A stretch of DNA of 39,012 nt from Pseudomonadota bacterium. Lineage in GTDB: Bacteria > Pseudomonadota > Gammaproteobacteria > Steroidobacterales > Steroidobacteraceae. The position numbers and the translations under genes were made by a program. The stretch lies in assembly GCA_021781775.1 (NCBI GenBank), contig JAJXWE010000001.1, forward strand, positions 1 to 39,012, read 5' to 3'. Below are positions 36,294-39,012 of the stretch, one piece after another. A model generated the notes under the pieces. It was not told the origin of the DNA. It made no database searches and saw nothing but the letters and a program-made list of their open reading frames with translations. Position 1 is the stretch's first letter, and each line of letters begins with the position of its first letter.

Positions 36294-37125
36294 TCAGGTG
36301 GTCGGCGGAATCGTCGGGTCATTGCCCCAACCGGCGCCTTCCGTCGCCGCGAGAGGATTGCCGTTCTCCCACCGATTGGCGGTGACCCGGCAGCCGGAGA
36401 TCGCATCCGCTGTGCTCGAGACCAGCCAGAGCAGCGGCGGCACCATGATCGCTGTCCAGCAGCCTGCCTCGGGCGCTTTCCGGAAACGCATCGGGAATCA
36501 TGCCCGTCAGGGTGGCGCCGCCCGGCAGCAGGGCGTTGACCGTTATCCTGGTGCCGTACAGATCGTGCGCCCAGATTAGGGTCTCGGACGCCAAGGCCGC
36601 CTTGGAAGGTCCGTAGGGCGAGAAGCCCGCCCGCCGCATGGTGGAATGGCTTATCGAGACATTGACGATACGACCCCAGCCCGCTTGCAGCATGTGGGGT
36701 ACGGCGGCGCGGGCCAAGAGGAAGGGACCGTTGACGTTGGTGTCGATCACCATCCGCCAAGTATCGGGATCGACCTCCCAGAACCGGGTCGGATGGGTCA
36801 TGAAGGAGTCGCCGACGTACTTCATGCCCCGGCCGGCGTTGTTGACCAGGATATCCAGGCGGCCAAACCGCTCAAGGGTGGCCGCGACGACGCGCCGTGC
36901 GTCCGCTTCTCGAGTGACATCGGCGAGAAGTGGGAGGACGAGATCCTTGCCGGCCTCGGCCGCCACCGAGTCGATCTCGGCGCGCTCGCGGGCTGCGGTC
37001 GCCACCACCTGGATGCCGGCGCGCACCAAGCCCAGCGCCATCGCCCGTCCGATTCCGCGTCCCGCGTCGGTGACGATCGCCACCCGTCCGTTCAGGGCAT
37101 TTGAACCCTCGTGCTCTCGAGCCAT
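36294..37125 (-). pseudogene. SDR oxidoreductase, frameshifted
   Basis: IVTDAGRGIG (Gly replaced by Asp in TGxxxGxG), LVNNAG, YGPSK; frame change near 36450-36455, with C-terminus IMVPPLLWLVS...RVTANRW in the 36294..36491 frame. Confidence 0.82.
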
Positions 37126-37168
37126 TTCAGGTTCTCCTGAGTCCGATGAATTGCACTCGCCCTCCCTC

Positions 37169-37593
37169 CTATTTCCCCTCCCGCATCCAAGGGGTGAACG
37201 TCACGGCAACCAGCAGTCCTTCCGGGGATAGGAAGCGACTGACCGTTTGACCCCACGGCTCCTGCCGATTCCGGATGAGCATCCGGTAGCCCCGACGTTC
37301 GAGTACCGCGGTGGCGTCCTTGAGGTTGTCCACTTCGAACTCGAACCACGCGGGTCGGGAATGTCGGCGGGCCAGACCTCCGTACCGAAGCAGGACTGGG
37401 CGGCCTGTGGGAGAGGCCACAGGGCAAAGCTTCTGGCGCCCTGAAGGGCCTCGGTATGCCGATAGCCGCCGGACTCTTCCTTGAAGGCGATTCCGAGGTC
37501 GTCGGCGTAGAGCTTGCGGCTGGGGTCGGGGTCGCGAACGATCGGGCCGACTCCGGCGATGAACAGCACCTTCACGGCATTCGGGTCTTGCAT
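37169..37593 (-). pseudogene. VOC/glyoxalase family protein, frameshifted
   Basis: N-half VLFIAGVGPIVRD...SCFGTEVWPADIP and C-half AWFEFEVD...EPWGQTVSRFLSPEGLLV in different frames; shift near 37352-37358. Confidence 0.82.
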
Positions 37594-37640
37594 GCGCTCA
37601 CCTCCCGGAGGGTGGAGAACGGAAAATGCCGTCGCGAAGT

Positions 37641-38291
37641 TTACGCGACGGCCTTGGCTCGCGTCGCAATCCAGTCGCGCACGGCGAAGAGGAAGTCACT
37701 GTGCGGGAGGTCATCGAGAGGATCAAGACGACGGACGGAGAGGAGTGCGCCCACCTCCGTCTGAAACAGGCGATAGTCGCCAATCATGGCGACCGAGCCG
37801 GGAAGGGGAGGCTCGGTCGGCCTGCGATGTTCCGATAGCCAATTGCGCACGCGGCGGATCGCTTCGTTCGGGTCGTTGCCATGGACCTCGATGTCCTGGC
37901 CGCTGATGTCCGACAGCGCCGCATCGTAGCGATGCGATTTCGCTTCCAGGATCAGAGCGCGCTTGCGCTTGTGACGGCCGCTGCCGAACAGTCGAGCTCC
38001 GAGGTGAAGTCCCAGCTCCATCGGCATGTTGAATCGCGGTACTCCCGCCGGGCCGACCTCGACCCGCGACAGATCGTGGATCCCCCAGTCGCATTCACCG
38101 ATCATCCGGGCGATCTTGCTGACCCGGATCTCGGCGCCGTCGGTCTCATCGAGTGCGCACCGGGGATGATAGCCCGATGAGAGGGTCGCGAAGACCATCG
38201 CGCGGAAAATGGGCTTGAACCCGTCGTCGAACGGGCAGTTGATGAAGACGGCCTTGGAGGCTGGCGGCTTAGCCGCGCGCTGGCTCGCCAC
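37641..38291 (-). CDS. conserved hypothetical protein, TIR-like/nucleoside deoxyribosyltransferase-like fold
   Basis: VFINCPFD, KIARMIGECDWGIHDLS, RFNMPMELG (candidate catalytic Glu), SDISGQD; fold assignment is by motif recall. Confidence 0.7.
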   Translation of the reverse strand: MASQRAAKPPASKAVFINCPFDDGFKPIFRAMVFATLSSGYHPRCALDETDGAEIRVSKIARMIGECDWGIHDLSRVEVGPAGVPRFNMPMELGLHLGARLFGSGRHKRKRALILEAKSHRYDAALSDISGQDIEVHGNDPNEAIRRVRNWLSEHRRPTEPPLPGSVAMIGDYRLFQTEVGALLSVRRLDPLDDLPHSDFLFAVRDWIATRAKAVA

Positions 38292-38451
38292 GCAAATGCT
38301 CGGACTTCGTCCGCAGCGCGTCGCGAATGGCGCGAGCAGTGGCGGACCGCCGTCCGCTGATCGGGGGAATCTTGATGCCCCGATAGACGACCGTGCGCTC
38401 GAACTTCATCGCGAAGCGCTTCGGTGCTGCCTTTTTCGCTACTCTCGCCAT
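38269..38451 (-). CDS. small basic hypothetical protein (60 aa)
   Basis: ATG at 38451 lies 7 nt after a -10-like box; overlaps the start of the TIR-like gene; Lys/Arg-rich. Confidence 0.5.
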   Translation of the reverse strand: MARVAKKAAPKRFAMKFERTVVYRGIKIPPISGRRSATARAIRDALRTKSEHLRGEPARG

Positions 38452-38458
38452 AGGGCGC

Positions 38459-38526
38459 AATATGAGACTTCGGGATCGTCGGCGCAAGTCCCACTTTCCG
38501 CGCCAAGTCGCAGAATTGGCGCGGAA
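38459..38526 (-). promoter_or_regulatory. putative leaderless promoter plus upstream 11-bp palindrome
   Basis: Minus strand TTGCGC (38487-82), 17 bp, CATATT (38464-59); TTCCGCGCCAA-N9-TTGGCGCGGAA at 38496-38526. Confidence 0.5.
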
Positions 38527-38696
38527 GGGGATTTCAGCAAGCCCTTATTTTATCAGAGAAAATCTGTGACTACCGGTCTCCTGGGGACGGCCCACTGCCT
38601 GTCTCGCCAAAGGGCGCAACGTATGCCGCCCTCGTAGCACGGACGTCGCGCTTCCCCACGCCCCCTGCGGTGGGAGGTCGGCTGGCGCACTGCAGT

Positions 38697-39012
38697 TCAT
38701 TCGGGCGCCGGGAATCCTCCTCGCGTGGTGCGCTCGCCTTCGGTGATCAAGCCCATTCGCTGTAACCGTGCTTCGACCGCCCGCAACGTACGTCGGTGCT
38801 TCCTCGCGAGTTCATGGGGAGACTGCCCGCCCTTGAATGATTCGGCCAGCCTAGTGTCTTCATCCCCGGTCCAGGCCTTCCCGACGTTGTCGGGCAGCAG
38901 GGCACGCCGTTGGGCGCGAGCCTCCGCCCGATCCAGCGCAGTCACGGCGGTGAGCAGCGCGCGCATGACGTCCGCACGGTGAATCACGGATTCCGACGGG
39001 AGTGGGACCTCC
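38697..39012 (-). CDS. small HTH/Myb-like hypothetical protein, 5' end outside window
   Basis: NVGKAWTGDED.RL...F..G.....LARKHRRT..AVEARLQRMG; frame stays open to the window edge (EVPLPSESVIHRADV). Confidence 0.75.
   Translation of the reverse strand, partial: EVPLPSESVIHRADVMRALLTAVTALDRAEARAQRRALLPDNVGKAWTGDEDTRLAESFKGGQSPHELARKHRRTLRAVEARLQRMGLITEGERTTRGGFPAPE

Noticed and set aside
35971..36579. ORF overlapping the radC stop (GTGA at 36139)
   Set aside because: No recognisable motif, and it overlaps the SDR pseudogene antisense
38496..38526. Palindrome as an intrinsic terminator or as the island's right att
   Set aside because: No U-tract on either strand and no similarity to the tRNA-Phe 3' end

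Overview
GC-rich, Gammaproteobacteria-like window (the TonB receptor and lepB style suggest Steroidobacteraceae/Xanthomonadales; inference only). It begins at tRNA-Phe(GAA), followed by a P4-type integrase, i.e. the left end of a genomic island whose right att site I could not find in the window. The main cargo (about 2.9-26.2 kb) is a pair of divergent operons whose promoters carry the same 17-bp operator, next to an EutR-like AraC regulator. The rightward operon holds a TonB receptor, TPR-sulfotransferase, glpD-glpK-glpF, a gamma-glutamylation set (GS-like ligase, ALDH, Fe-ADH, class I amidotransferase), an ethanolamine permease and an exported phospholipase C/phosphoesterase. The leftward operon holds malate synthase, an FAD oxidoreductase and an MFSD1-like transporter. 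Together they read as a B12-independent system for scavenging (glycero)phosphoethanolamine head groups and feeding glyoxylate to malate synthase (inference). Further right lie an IS remnant, a leaderless padR unit and an extra lepB. Next is a nested 6,061-bp element with three tyrosine-recombinase genes (GInt-like), whose ends are readable in the sequence: CACGCC direct repeats abutting TATGTTGGG inverted arms. It sits just upstream of a hairpin-rich radC leader. The window ends with frameshifted SDR and VOC genes and a TIR/NDT-like gene pair.
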